A stretch of DNA of 64,000 bases. Source: Macrostomum lignano. Taxonomy: Eukaryota. This document shows, one piece after another, positions 13,621 through 35,558 of the stretch (the first letter of the stretch is position 1; every line of letters starts with the position of its first letter). The position numbers and the translations under genes are program-made. The notes beneath the pieces were generated by a model. It had not been told where the DNA came from. It did no database searches and was given only the letters and a program-made list of their open reading frames with translations. The DNA is taken from contig NIVC01002985.1 in the NCBI GenBank assembly GCA_002269645.1, positions 1 through 64,000 on the forward strand, read 5' to 3'.

Positions 13621-14444
13621 TACAAAATAATGAGGGGATTTTGGGAGAAACTTGAAGTTCTCATAGCCGCAAAGTATCTTGTGATAATTCTCAATGAAAT
13701 TGCCGACATGTATCGAAAAAAACTTATTTTGCACTCGTGTCCAAAAAATGAGACTAAAATTACAAATATACTAGTCAACCTATTAAAACGCTTAGCAGAA
13801 CTTCTTAGTGGTGGATCATGGTAATCATGGGGACTTCTGTGATTCCTATTGGCTGGACTTTGGATCCCCCATTGCCTTTCCAGTTGGGGGGGGGGTTGGT
13901 GAAGGGAAGAGGTTGCCAGGGTGGGGACTAAAGAACAAATTTTGAAGCCAAGGGTTGGACGGAGGTCCGCCTCTAAAAACAGAGCAATCCCTGTATTAAC
14001 CGAGACCGCCAGGTTCCTTTTAGAAGACAAGAAATGCTCTGTCGGACTGGAACAAAAGAGCAGCAACCTTGTTAAAGTCTGCTTTGAGTCGCCAGCTTAG
14101 TTAAGCCCGAGCGAGCACCGGCTTCTCAAGCTAGCAGTTGAGTCAACTCCTCGCTCCCAGACCCAGATCCCAAGCGGGGCTCAATCTAGCTGACGCATGC
14201 AGGTGAGTGAGTCATACTGAAACAGCTTCTCTACTCCTCTCTGCCCGGCTGCACGGAACTGCAGAGAGCGCGGATCTGCATCGCGAGGTGGCCTAGAATA
14301 GCTTTGCAGGATTGGGATTTAGGATTGTTTTCTGAGGTCTTTGGCTACCCGAGTCCAACTGCAGACATGGTGACGGCCTGCCTGCTGCCGGCCTCTGGGC
14401 TTCTCTGCTTCTTTTCCTGACTTTCCCTTCTCTTCCCTACTTCG

Positions 14445-14990
14445 CTGTCACCCTCTTCCCCCCGCTTTGCCCTCTTCTCCCCTTTAATTGCCTTCCCCTC
14501 TTCATTATCTTCACCCTCCTTCCTTTTTACCGTTTTCCCCTCTTCCCCTCTTTCCCCTCTTCTCCGCTTTCCCTTCTTCTCCGCTTTCCCCTCTTCTCCG
14601 CTTTCCCCTCTTCCACGCTTTCCCCTCTTCCCCGCTTTCCCCTCTACCCGCTTTCCCCTCTTCCCCGCTTTCCCCTCTTCCCCGCTTTCCCCTCTTCCCC
14701 GCTTTCCCCTCTTCTCCGCTTTCCCCTCTACCCCGCTTTCCCCTCATTCCCGCTTTCCCCTCTTCCCCGCTTCCCCCTCTTTCCCGCTTTCCCCTCTTCC
14801 CCGTTTTCCCCTCTTCCCCGCCTTCCCCTCCTCCCCGCTTTCCCGTCTTCCCCGTTTTCCCCTCTTCTCTTACCACTGTTCCTTTTAACCTTCCTTTCCA
14901 CCTTAAATCTCTTCCTCTATACCCTCTTTCCTAATTTTCCTTATTTCCCTCTGCTTTGCCCTCTTTCTGCCCTCTTTCCCTCTTTCTTTT
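14445..14990. repeat. Pyrimidine-rich 18-bp minisatellite (CCGCTTTCCCCTCTTC..)n
   Basis: Direct array, C/T-rich on the plus strand. Confidence 0.9.
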
Positions 14991-15702
14991 CGCCTTTCCC
15001 TGTTTGGCGTCTCCTGATTCAATTTTCGGCTGCAGTGTCAAAACCAGCTTCTCAATGACAGAAGCAGCCCTTCCCCCTATCGTCAGAATTTCAGTTTTCA
15101 TGTATTATAAATAAAACACACAGCCAATAACCCCCACATTGCACCATACGTCAATTTTCGTAGCCCTAATCATAATGCTAATTGGCAGCGATTTCTCACG
15201 CCGGTCGTTGCCTGCCTGCTTTTTGAAGCAGAAATTGAGGCAGAAGCGGTCCCAGACACACAAGAAATGCATCAGGAGCGAAGGGGGGTCCGCCCTGCCT
15301 CTCCCACGCTCAGGCAAGGCTGCAGCAGCTGCTGTAAAATTAGGCGGGTCGCCTCTCAGTTTGACCTCTGCGCAGCTTCTCTCTCTTAATTCTCTCGGAG
15401 CTCTCCAACTAAGTATCTTCACCTTCATGCGATGAAGCCTTTAAGAGTTTGAGCACTCAAGCCTGCTTGCTCACTTTGGTGCCGTCACAGCTATACAGAA
15501 ATTTGCTTTGATATAATAGCTTTTTTGGCTGGAGAGCATCCAGTTTCTTGTACTATTGTGCTCTGAGAGTTCTAAAACTAGATAGCTGGAATGCCACTGG
15601 GGCTGTTGGTTTTAATATAGAATGGCTTGTCTTTCGTGTGCTTAAAATTCTAACTAGCTATCCGGGGGGGGGGTTGATAGCTATCTAGAGATTCTTGCCA
15701 TC

Positions 15703-16045
15703 CAGGGATGCTTGCTATCTGGGGGTGCTTGCTATCTGGGGGGAGATGCTTGCTATCTGGGGGTGCTTGCTATCTGGGGGGGAGATGCTTGCTATCTGGG
15801 GGATGCTTGCTATCTGGGGGGGAGATGCTTGCTATCTGGGGGATGCTTGCTATCTGGGGGATGCTTGCTATCTGGGGGATGCTTGCTATCTGGGGGGATG
15901 CTTGCTATCTGGGGGACGCTTGCTATCTGGGGGATGCTTGCTATCTGGGGGACGCTTGCTATCTGGGGGATGCTTGCTATCTGGGGGATGCTTGCTATCT
16001 GGGGGGATGCTTGCTATCTGGGGGATGCTTGCTATCTGGGGGGGG
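15703..16045. repeat. 19-21-bp minisatellite (GATGCTTGCTATCTGGGGG)n
   Basis: Direct array with a variable G-run. Confidence 0.93.
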
Positions 16046-16413
16046 GGGGATTCTTGCTATCCAAGATGCGTGCTACGAGCGTATTTAGGGGTGTTTGTTC
16101 TCTGGGGAATGCTGGCTCTCGGAGGGGGGAGGGTGCTTTGCTATCTATGGCGGGGGGTGTTTGCTATCTGGGGGATGCTTGCTTTTTTGGGGGAGCTTTC
16201 TATTTCGGGGGGGGGATGCTGGCTAGCTTTATTTTGCTGTGTCCTTTTGTTACTTTAAAAAAAGAGATTCATAGCTAACATCTTTGTCTTGAATAAGTTG
16301 ATTTATATAACTCAAGAAGGAACTGGTTCGTAAGAAAATGTGCTTTTTTAATAGAGCTGCATAAATAATTTTTGCTTATTTATGATTTGAAAGTTTTGAA
16401 AATCGACAAAAAA

Positions 16414-16625
16414 GGTCGGGGGGTCGAGTCTCTTCGGCCCAGTCGGAACAATCTGTGTCCTTGAGCAAGACAATTAACTCTGCATTGTTTCAGTTCACTC
16501 AGCTGTAAAATTGGTGCCAGCATTAGCTGGGGTAATTGAGGCTGTGTGTGGCGACCCCCCAGTCCTTGGACTGAACAGCCGTACGCAGCCTTCAGGTGGG
16601 CCGGGCAATAGCTGCTGTTGAACGT
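16414..16625 (+). mobile_element. tRNA-derived CORE-SINE, copy 2 (truncated)
   Basis: GGGTCGAGTCT B-box-like, then TGTGTCCTTGAGCAAGACAATTAACTCTGCATTGTTTCAGTTCACTCAGCTGTAAAATTGG and the same downstream segment (GGCGACCCCCCAGTCCTTGGACTGAACAGCCGTACGCAGCCTTCAG) as copies 1 and 3. Confidence 0.75.
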
Positions 16626-17177
16626 AGGCATGTAAGGCAAGTCCGCCCAGGTTCGATTCCTGCAGCTCGTGACAGTCCAACCTCCTAGGCACACAAAGTG
16701 TGTATGCGTGAGTTTCTTAGCCGGGTCAATCGGAATGGGAAACTCAATGCATGTTTAACCTTAACAGTTGGCCACTCATATCAGCTCCAGATGCCCTGTC
16801 TGAGGCTCCGTGGCCCTGCAGCTATTTGAGAGCGGGCCAGATTCTCTTATTATTCTTTTCGATCTCAAACCTTGCCGTTTTCTCTGTCTGCCCCACAAGC
16901 CGCTCATTTAGCTACAAAAAGTAGCAGAAAAAACCTCTCTAAGAAGGAAGCAAAGACAGAAAGGTGGGGGCACTGCCGTATTCCAGCTAGCTACAGAGTG
17001 AATACTTAATTTAGCCAGTGAAAATTATTACAAACTTTCCAACTTTTTTACTTATTTTAAATTACTTTATCATTGGCGTCGCAGAAATACGCGGCATCGG
17101 CAGCACCACCAGCTGTGGCCACAGTGGCTCCAACTTACTGCAGCAGCGGCAGTCAGAAACAACAACAGCCGGTCAGC

Positions 17178-26780
<9,603 letters not shown>

Positions 26781-27005
26781 CAATGAACGTTACGGATGAG
26801 ATTATGGGGACCCACTGTAGGACCAAGGACTACCGAGGAGATGTGCAGTTCTCAGTTCGTCCAAAAATGTCAAAGAAGGATCAGTGTACAATGTCATGTC
26901 ATGATCAGGGGCGTTGCCACCGGGGGGAGGGGGGTGGGTGGACAAGGATACATGCTTCCCCCAGTAAAAGTTACGAGTGGGACATGCCAATGCTTTATTC
27001 CTCGC

Positions 27006-27718
27006 TGTGGCGCCAAAATGAGTGCCTGCCTGTGGCGCCAAACTGAGTGCCTGTCTGTGGCGCTAAAATGAGTGCCTGTCTGTGGCGCTAAAATGAGTGC
27101 CTGCGGCGCCAAACTTAGTGCCTGTCTGTGGCGCTAAAATGAGTGCCTGTGGCGCTAAAATGAGTGCCTGCCTGCGGCGCCAAACTAAGTGCCTGCCTGC
27201 GGCGCCAAACTGAGTGCCTGCCTGTGGCGACAAAACTGAGTGCCTGCCTGTGGCGACAAAACTGAGTGCCTGCCTGTGGCGACAAAACTGAGTGCCTGCC
27301 TGTGGCGACAAAACTGAGTGCCTGCCTGTGGCGACAAAACTGAGTGCCTGCCTGTGGCGACAAAACTGAGTGCCTGCCTGTGGCGACAAAACTAAGTGCC
27401 TGCCTGCGGCGACAAAACTGAGTGCCTGCCTGTGGCGACAAAACTGAGTGCCTGTCTGTGGCGCTAAAATGAGTGCCTGTCTGTGGCGCTAAAATGAGTG
27501 CCTGTCTGTGGCGCTAAAATGAGTGCCTGTCTGTGGCGCTAAAATGAGTGCCTGTCTGTGGCGCTAAAATGAGTGCCTGTCTGTGGCGCTAAAATGAGTG
27601 CCTGTCTGTGGCGCTAAAATGAGTGCCTGTGGCGCCAAAATGAGTGCCTGTCTGTTGCGCTAAAATGAGTGCCTGTGGCGCCAAAATGAGTCCCTGTGGC
27701 GCCAAAATGAGTGCCTGC
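27006..27718. repeat. 20-24-bp minisatellite (GTGGCGCTAAAATGAGTGCCTGTCT-like)n
   Basis: Direct array with internal sub-blocks (GCGACAAAACTGAG vs GCGCTAAAATGAG). Confidence 0.93.
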
Positions 27719-28957
27719 AGTTTAGACAGCGTTTGAAAGAAGAGCAAAAAGAAACGAATTTTCAAAATTTCTGTATTCAAAACTTAGCAGACCTTGATCA
27801 GCCCAGTGGTAGAAAAAACTGCCACAAAAATATTTCGTTTCTCAGTCTAGAATTTTTCTGCAATTCTAGAATTTTTGCTTTCGTGCGCGCGTCGATCCAG
27901 GATGAAAACAGCATCTTTCTGTCTTCATCGGGGGTGTTTTATTTTCACAGTTTTTTTATTTCCATAGGCTATAAATAGAATTACGAGCTACCTCGAATAA
28001 TTTCAAATGTTTCAAAAAGAAGAGAATTTCAGGGAGCCGGTGCAGGATCAGCGCTACCTTTTCTAAATTCCGTGCAGACACTGGTGATTGCAATTGTCAG
28101 ATTCGTCTGAATGTAGCACAGGATGTAATATTATTATTTTTCCTACGGTAAATATTTTAAATTGCGCACATCAATGTGTTTTCTTGAACCCAGCAGGGAT
28201 AAAGTGACGACTTGACATAATCCTGTTAAAATTTGCAGTTGGGCATTTTGCTTGCGGGCTCTATTCTGTAAAATTTTTGCTTTTCTGCTGTGTTTTAATG
28301 CTGATCTGTGACAAATATACTCGTAGAAGCAGATTGTTGCAAATTTTATTAACTAATACGAGTATATTGTGCACTTGATTAGTACCACTGTACAAATATA
28401 TTTGTGTACGAATTCTGCGATTTTTCTTTGTCTTGTTGATAATTTTTCTAGGTAAAACTCTATGCACACTACTTAAAGTAGGATAGCTATGTTTAAACTG
28501 ATTGTAGCTCGTAATGAAAGCAAGTATTCACGCGGTTTAACAAAGGTACTAAACTCACATTTTTTCATCAGGAAACTAATTTCTGCAACAAATCACTCTT
28601 CGTTTTCATCTGGATCCGTAAATTAGTCGATCAGTACAATTCAATAATCTTCCTTTTATTCTCTCTATTTTAGGCTATACTTATTAGTCACTGTGTGTAT
28701 TCACAATCTATATTAACAGTGAATTATCGAAACAGTGAAAGCAATTTTTTCACATCAAGTGCTAGATAAAAAAATCAGCTCATGGCTACGGGCCAGATGA
28801 GAGTGGAAAGGCGTGAGAATAGATGAGTGATGAGAGAGGATAAGCGAGAGATGGCATGAGATTATAGAAATAAGAAAGCAGGTAAGATGAGAGAAGAGCG
28901 GAGAGGAGAGAGGGGAGAGAAGAGGACATGAAAGGAGAGGAAATGAGAGAGAGAGAA

Positions 28958-29007
<50 letters not shown>

Positions 29008-29589
29008 GAGAGGGAAGAGAAGAGAGAGGAGATCGCTATTTGGAAGTTCCAAAGGACCCGAGGACCAGATAGAGGCTTCGCGGGCTGCCCTAAACCAAAA
29101 AAGGCTGAGACAGCCGTGCTGTATTACCGTACGCTTACTAAAGGATATGAGGACACATATCCCTCCCCCATCAATGCATTGCACAGGCTGCACCTGCTTT
29201 GGCCTGTGTGTGGATTGTTCCCTAATAGGGAGCTCTTGAGTTCTGAGACATTGTCAAGAAGAGCCCCGCGCCGCCCTTCTCAGAGCTTCTAACTGCATAT
29301 TGCTTCTTGCTGAGCTTCCTATAGCTAATATAGAGACGAGACCACTGATCGGACAAGGGGCAGTTGAATTAAAGTAACTTTGAATTAAAGAATTTTGAAT
29401 CAAAGAGAATCTAACTGGACAAAACTGTAGAGCACTAAACGACGCGTTTATGTAGAGAGACTCAAATAGTTTACAAAATGACTCAAGCTCACTGACCATT
29501 TTATATGGTCTGTGCTCAAGCTACATTCTGCAATAGAGTTAAAATCTTCTAAACAATTTTTCTTCTTGCTAATTATGGGAAAGTCGCTT

Positions 29590-29980
29590 CACAAGCTGGA
29601 AACTTCACAAGCTGGAAACTTCACAAGCTGGAAACGTCACAAGCTGGAAACTTCACAAGCTGGAAACGTCACAAGCTGGAAACGTCACAAGCTGGAAACT
29701 TCACAAGATGGAAACTTCACAAGATGGAAACTTCACAAGATGGAAACTTCACAAGCTGGAAACTTCACAAGATGGAAACTTCACAAGCTAGAAACTTCAC
29801 AAGATGGAAACGTCACAAGATGGAAACTTCACAAGATGGAAACTTCACAAGCTGGAAACTTCACAAGATGGAAACTTCACAAGCTAGAAACTTCACAAGA
29901 TGGAAACTTCACAAGCTGGAAACTTCACAAGATGGAAACTTCACAAGATGGAAACTTTACAAGCTGGAAACTTCACAAGC
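29590..29980. repeat. 16-bp minisatellite (TGGAAACTTCACAAGM)n
   Basis: About 24 copies. Confidence 0.95.
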
Positions 29981-30550
29981 CTTTATTGGAATCCTAATGA
30001 CTTTTTCTGGTGAGTCTTGGTTATTACTTGTAGCTATGTATAGTTAAATAAAAGCTATTTACTGTTACAGCTGGGCAGCTTTGACTGAGCAAAGAGTAAA
30101 AAAGGAAGTTCCCTCTCAAAACAGCTGCCCACTACGTGCTCAAGCATTGGTTCAGAGACGGTCTGAGACAACAGCTTGCAAACAAAGACTCATCGCTTTC
30201 CTTCCAGTGCAGTGCAGACAGACAGACAGTTTTCCCAAAGATATCGATTCTACTGCATGCCAGCCAATCGCAAAATTCATGGAGCATTTACCGGTAATAT
30301 ACTTATAGAAATGTAAAAAGCATTCAATGCGCATGAAGAAAGACTCAACTTTGTTTGCTTTTGCAGTTTAGGAGTCAATTGTTTTCAGAAGTTTCTTGGG
30401 TAAGCATATGCGATCGTAGGTAAACACACTTCATAGACTACAACTTCATAGAAGTTAATTATATAACTTCAATATTCCCACCTTTAAAAATTCATTGATT
30501 TATTTTGCACTGGCTATTCAAAATCCTTTTAGATTTGACCCTTTTTATTC

Positions 30551-33500
30551 ATGGGAAACCAAGACACGACTAGTAACACCTGTAATAGAGAAAAAACAAA
30601 ACGTATTTGCATCTGGTAAGCTTAATGCATGTCTGTTTTGACTTCGCAAAGTTTGAACCCTAACCTTTAAAAATTCTAATTAGCTAGTTAACGTTAGTAT
30701 TTATCTGTTCGTTCGTTGGTTGTTGCAGGATTATTGGAGGTTTTTTAGCAGCAGTCACAGTTGTTGCGTTGATCTGTGTCGGTATCTGCCTTGTCTGCCA
30801 TTTAACAAGTAAGTAGCTAATTGATAGAATCTGCACTCTAAAGGCACTAAATTGCTCTCATTAAAGCTGCCGTGGCTCGATCTGCTGGTCAAATACTTGA
30901 TTGAGAGGAGAGAGGAGAGGGGAGAGGAGAGGGGAGAGGAGAGGGGAGAGGAGAGGGGAGAGGATCAAGGGGAGAGGAGAGGGGAGAGAAGGAAAGGAGG
31001 GAGGGGAAAGAGGGAAAAGTCCTCAACCCCCAAAGCACAGACGCCGTATCGCAGTTGTTTAAGCGAATTGCCGATATTTGGAATATTCTTCCTCAGGGCA
31101 ATTATGAATTGATTGTAAAATATAAATAGAATATTTTAGCCCAATGGTAAGAGTGCCCTAACGCACCCTTGATTCAGGTATATTGTTAAATTGATTTGAG
31201 CAGTGTATCATTTGAGAAGCTACTAGAGGTAATTTGAACCGGCCTGAAGTGAACAAAAGACAAAATATGACATACAGGTGTGTTAAAGCATCAGAGAAGT
31301 CAGTTGAAACAGTTCTTGCCCTGTCAATAACCACAATGCAGAGGATCGGCCTTGGCTAAAAGACACCGTCTCGGACCAGGAGTTGGTGACCTACAGGCGC
31401 TATGGCGTCACCTCCGATGCCACCCAGTGCAGCCGGCTTGGCTCTCAAGTGATCAGCGAACACAATGGCAATGCGATGGACGCGGCAGTGACAACTGTGC
31501 TGTGCGTTGGCGTGACTAATTTCCATAGCAACGGCATCGGCGGAGGCTCTTTCCTGATGCACTACAACAGGTGAGATTGCTGCTTGAGGGATTTTTATAA
31601 TTGTATGCAGGAACTTCATCAATACGAGTAGATGCCAATTTTCTAATCAAATTTTAACTTTTAGTACGATGTTGACTTTTCTACCTTAAGGACCAAAAAG
31701 AAAAGAGAGAAGAGAGGGATTGGGGAGAGGAGAGAGGAGGGGAGAGAGGAGAGAGGAGAGAGAAGGGAGAGAGGAGAGGAGATGAGAGATGAGGAACGAG
31801 AGAGAAGAGGAGAGAGACGGGGAGAGAGAAGAGGAGAGAGACGGGGAGAGAGAAGGGGAGAGAAAAGGGGAAAGAGGAGGGAGAGAGAAGGGGAGAGAGG
31901 AGGGGAGATAGACAAGGAGAGAAGAGAGAGAGAAAGGGAGAAAGAAGGGGAGAGAGGAGGGGAGAGAGGAGAGAGAGGAGCGGGCCGGGTTGCTATTGTG
32001 AAGTTTCAAAGGACCCTATGGCCAGATAGAGAGGCTTCGTGGACCGCAAGCGGCCCGCGAGCCGGAGTTTGCCGGCCCCTGATTTACGAGCGTAAAGAAA
32101 TTGTTCACACCTCGTAATTCTTGTAATGTATAAAGAGAATCCAATATCCACTTTCCCGCTTCGATATTGCCAGTACTACAAAAGCTGTGACCACGTACAA
32201 CTACCGGGAGGTTGCACCCAGACAGGCCACTCCAAACATGTTCGACAACTTGCCGAACAGCCAAATCCGCAAAATAGCAATCGCTGTACCGGGCGAAGTG
32301 GCCGGACTGCACCGAGCTCACTCCGGGCACGGGCGGCTGCGTTGGAGCGACTTGGTAAAACGGGTGGCGGACCTGCTGCGCAGCGGTGTGGAAGTGACGA
32401 AGCCGCTGGTACAAGCCATCCCCTCTGTCAACTCTGTGAAGGAGTCAGCGCTGTACAATGCGGTTCGAAACCCAGCCACTGGTGCGTTTTACGCAGCGGG
32501 TGAAACTTTTACTGACGAGAAACTTGCCAGAACGTTTGATACTATCGCTAACGACCCAATGTCATTCTACAATGGCCAACTTGCCGATGACATTGTTAAG
32601 GAGATTTCCGAGGCCGGGGGAAAAGTAACCAAAGAGGATTTGCGACAGTACAATGTCGCCGAGCCAGATCCCATATCAGTAGAGCTCGATGAGAGCGGTC
32701 TCCGTCTCTACTCGATGCCACCACCGTCAGGAGGTGCAGTCCTGGGATTCATTCTCAACGTGCTGGACGGCTACAGGATGGGGCCGACTGTCAAGGACAA
32801 GCTGGACAGCTACGCAACCTTTCACCACAGAATGATAGAAGCGATCAAGTTCGGCTATGCTAAAAAATCCTACCTGGGCGATGCTGACACCGAGAACATG
32901 GCCGTGCTGGTTGCCAATTTGACCTCCAAACCGTTGGCTGCCGAAACTCGTTCGAAGATCTTCGACAATGCGACTCAGGATGTCGAATACTACGGACCGA
33001 GCTATAAGCAGTTCACGGACTCGGGCACCACTCACGTATCCCTAGTGGACTCCGAAGGCAACGCCGTGGTTGTTACTTCATCGATAAATAATTAGTGAGT
33101 GTCGGGGGGGGGGGTGCAAGGTGAACCGGAGGGGTTAGACTATGGATTAAGGATCGGCAAACGTTTTACCCCCAGGGCCGGATAGAGAACCCAGCGCATG
33201 ACTGCGGGCCAGAGGAGGGGAGAGAGGAGAGGGAATAGAGAAGAGAAGTAAGAGAAAGGAGTGGCGAAGGAATAAAGGAAGAGAGATGGAAAGGAGAGGA
33301 GATGAGAAGAGAGGAGAGGAGAAGAGAAGGTGAGAGAAGAAAGCTAAAAAGATCGGCACAAACTTTGAGCGGGAGCGATTGCTATTGTGAGGGCCGGATA
33401 GAGAGGCTTTGCGGGCCGGAGTCTGCCAACCCCTGCTATACTCGTACATGTATATCGACTGAATTCAACAACAGACACTTTGTTATGCACCATTTTCAGC

Positions 33501-34547
33501 TTCGGCTCGTTAAATAAAGGATTGAAAACGGGCATTCTATACAACAATCAAATGGAGGACTTCTCTTGGCGGAATAAGCGCGACAAAAACAATAATCCAA
33601 TACCGACTTCGGCGGCGAATTACATAAAGCCAGGTTGGGCTTCTCTTTTTAAAATAGTTCAGACTGAGCTTTCATTGTTATCTTCCGGATCAGTGTAGCC
33701 AATAGACATTTTATTAGAGGAAGGAGGCTGAGTGCATGCACTCTGGCTCACTTTAAGTGACATTGTCACGATCAACATGCGAGAGGCATTACTGCCCATT
33801 CCGAGGCACGTTACATGTACACTTCACTATGTCTTGGGGGTCGGCCCTCAATGGCGTTAATTGCACAAGCAGAGCCAAGCCGAGATTCGAATTTAGCCCC
33901 AAATTATAATGCGACTGCACTTGGAATCCAGCCTTGGCCGCTGTCACAGCGCCGCACAAAACCGCTGGGCTACGACGGCCTCCCACCTAAGCGGATTATT
34001 GCTACTTAAAGAGTAGAAATCGCCTAGTGTTAATTATACCCCCCCCGCAGGCAAGCGCCCCATGTCCTCGGCAGCACCTGTGTTCATCACTGAGCAGAGC
34101 AGCGATCAGCTCCGGTACATCGGAGGCGCCGCCGGTGGATCACTCATCACCTCAGCGTTGACCAGCGTGCTGGCAAGGCTGATTTACTTGAAACAGAACG
34201 TCAAAGAGGCGACGGACGCATTCCGACTGCATCACGAGCTGTCACCGAATGACATTCAGTACTGGAATAAAAGCACCAGTGAAGCTGAGAAGGTCCGCTT
34301 CAAGTTCAGATATGTCATTGCCAATTAAATTTGATTTCTTTCGAATTTTCCGCAATTCGAAAAACTCTGCATTTTATACCCATAACAATAACCATTTTAG
34401 ACGGTTCTAGAGGAACTGAAAAAGAGAGGACACAGTGTGACGTCCACTACTAGTAAGAGCGTCGTGGAGATTATGCAACGCCTGCCGGACGGCTCCTGGC
34501 AGACTAGCGGCGACTACAGGAAGGCGGCTGAGACTGCGGGCAATTGA
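30551..34547 (+). CDS. GGT: Gamma-glutamyltranspeptidase (glutathione hydrolase), type II membrane protein, 7 exons, ~605 aa
   Basis: Exons 30551-30615, 30729-30808, 31342-31570, 32174-33094, 33500-33633, 34051-34292, 34401-34547 (1818 nt, phases consistent). N-terminal TM anchor; GNAMDAAV..GIGGGSF, YREVAP, IAVPGEVAG, DSGTTHVS (nucleophile Thr at 33027), TSSINNYFGS, NNQMEDF, PGKRPMSS, GGSLIT, GDYRK. Confidence 0.94.
31960..32081. mobile_element. Right end of hAT-like MITE following a GA-rich tract (GGT intron 3)
   Basis: Ends GGCCCGCGAGCCGGAGTTTGCCGGCCCCTG. Shares TTGCTATTGTGA..GGCCRGATAGAGAGGCTT with 33375-33435 and more weakly with 29030-29090. Left end not found. Confidence 0.5.
33148..33435. 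mobile_element. hAT-like MITE with internal GA-rich tract (GGT intron 4)
   Basis: Imperfect 15-bp TIRs TAAGGATCGGCAAAC / GTCTGCCAACCCCTG, similar to CAGGGGTCGGCAAAC hAT ends. The 8-bp flanks match only 4/8. Confidence 0.55.
33722..34008 (-). mobile_element. Interspersed repeat family 2 (tRNA-like SINE candidate), copy B (GGT intron 5)
   Basis: Minus strand GCCGTCGTAGCCCAGCGG (A box) ... GGCTGGATTCC (B-box-like). Aligns with 9322-9712. Confidence 0.55.
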
Positions 34548-34694
34548 CGAACACTGTGTACTTTTATTGACAACGGTTGAGGGCATTATTGACATTTTTA
34601 TCCATTTGTTATAAAACTTTAACTAATTACATGTAACTTTTTCATGTTTTGACAATGGTGGAGGTTTTAATAAATTTTTCTGTATTTATTCATA

Positions 34695-35000
34695 ATAATA
34701 ATCATAACTGATTACACCTGTCCTAATGGGCAGGTGTGCAACCGACAGCTCAGCCGCAGCTATTGCGCGGCGCATCTGAAGGCTGCGTACGGCTGTTCAG
34801 TCCAAGGACTGGGGGGTCGCCACACGCACCCTCAATTACCTCAGCTAATGCTGGCACCCATTTTACAGCTGGGTGAACTGAAGCAATACAGAGTCCAGCG
34901 TCTTGCACAAAGGACGCAAATTGTTCCACTGGGATGGGGAATCGAACCCCCAACCTTCCAGTCATGAGTCCGCCGCTCCAACTACTAGGCTACAACCCCC
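34695..35000 (-). mobile_element. Near full-length tRNA-derived CORE-SINE, copy 3
   Basis: Minus strand: A box TAGCCTAGTAGTTGG, B box GGTTCGATTCC, CORE-like CAGTTCACCCAGCTGTAAAATGGG, 3' segment shared with copies 1 and 2, (ATT)n tail. Confidence 0.82.
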
Positions 35001-35558
35001 CTATACTCCATTTATTCATATTCACCATATAAAACATTTTACTGTTTATAATTAGGTATTAATAAACTTATTCCCTGATTACGTGTAAGAGGCAATTTAG
35101 TGCAGTCTTGAATGATTATTTGCAGCCTATAATTTGCAGTATATAGCTTTACTATTTATGACTAAAATATATGGACAATTAGTATAGAAAAATAACAACA
35201 AAAAGTTCGACTATTTTTTTTTGTGTGGTTTAATTAGTTAAACCGGCGTTACAAACAATGCACAGGACATCAGAGTAGTCTTATTTATAAAGTTTTATTA
35301 ATAACAGCATACCAATTCAGACTACTTCTAGATAGAAGTAGTGTGTAGAGAACATTTTAAAGAGGATTATATGCCATGTTATATTTATTTGATAATATTA
35401 GATTTGAACGGGATAAGTAAGACTTCACCTTCCTTGAAAACTGGACTTTCAGAGACATTTACTTGGCCTACCTATACAAATAAAAATTTATTTGAAGCAT
35501 TGAAGTCTATTGTCGTGTTCAAACGAAGTTGATGGCCTCTTATACGTAGAAGTGTAAC

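Noticed and set aside
27895-28617. Short inverted similarity GATCCAGGATGAAAAC / GTTTTCATCTGGATC
   Set aside because: Only ~15 bp with a gap, with no TSD or further arm similarity.
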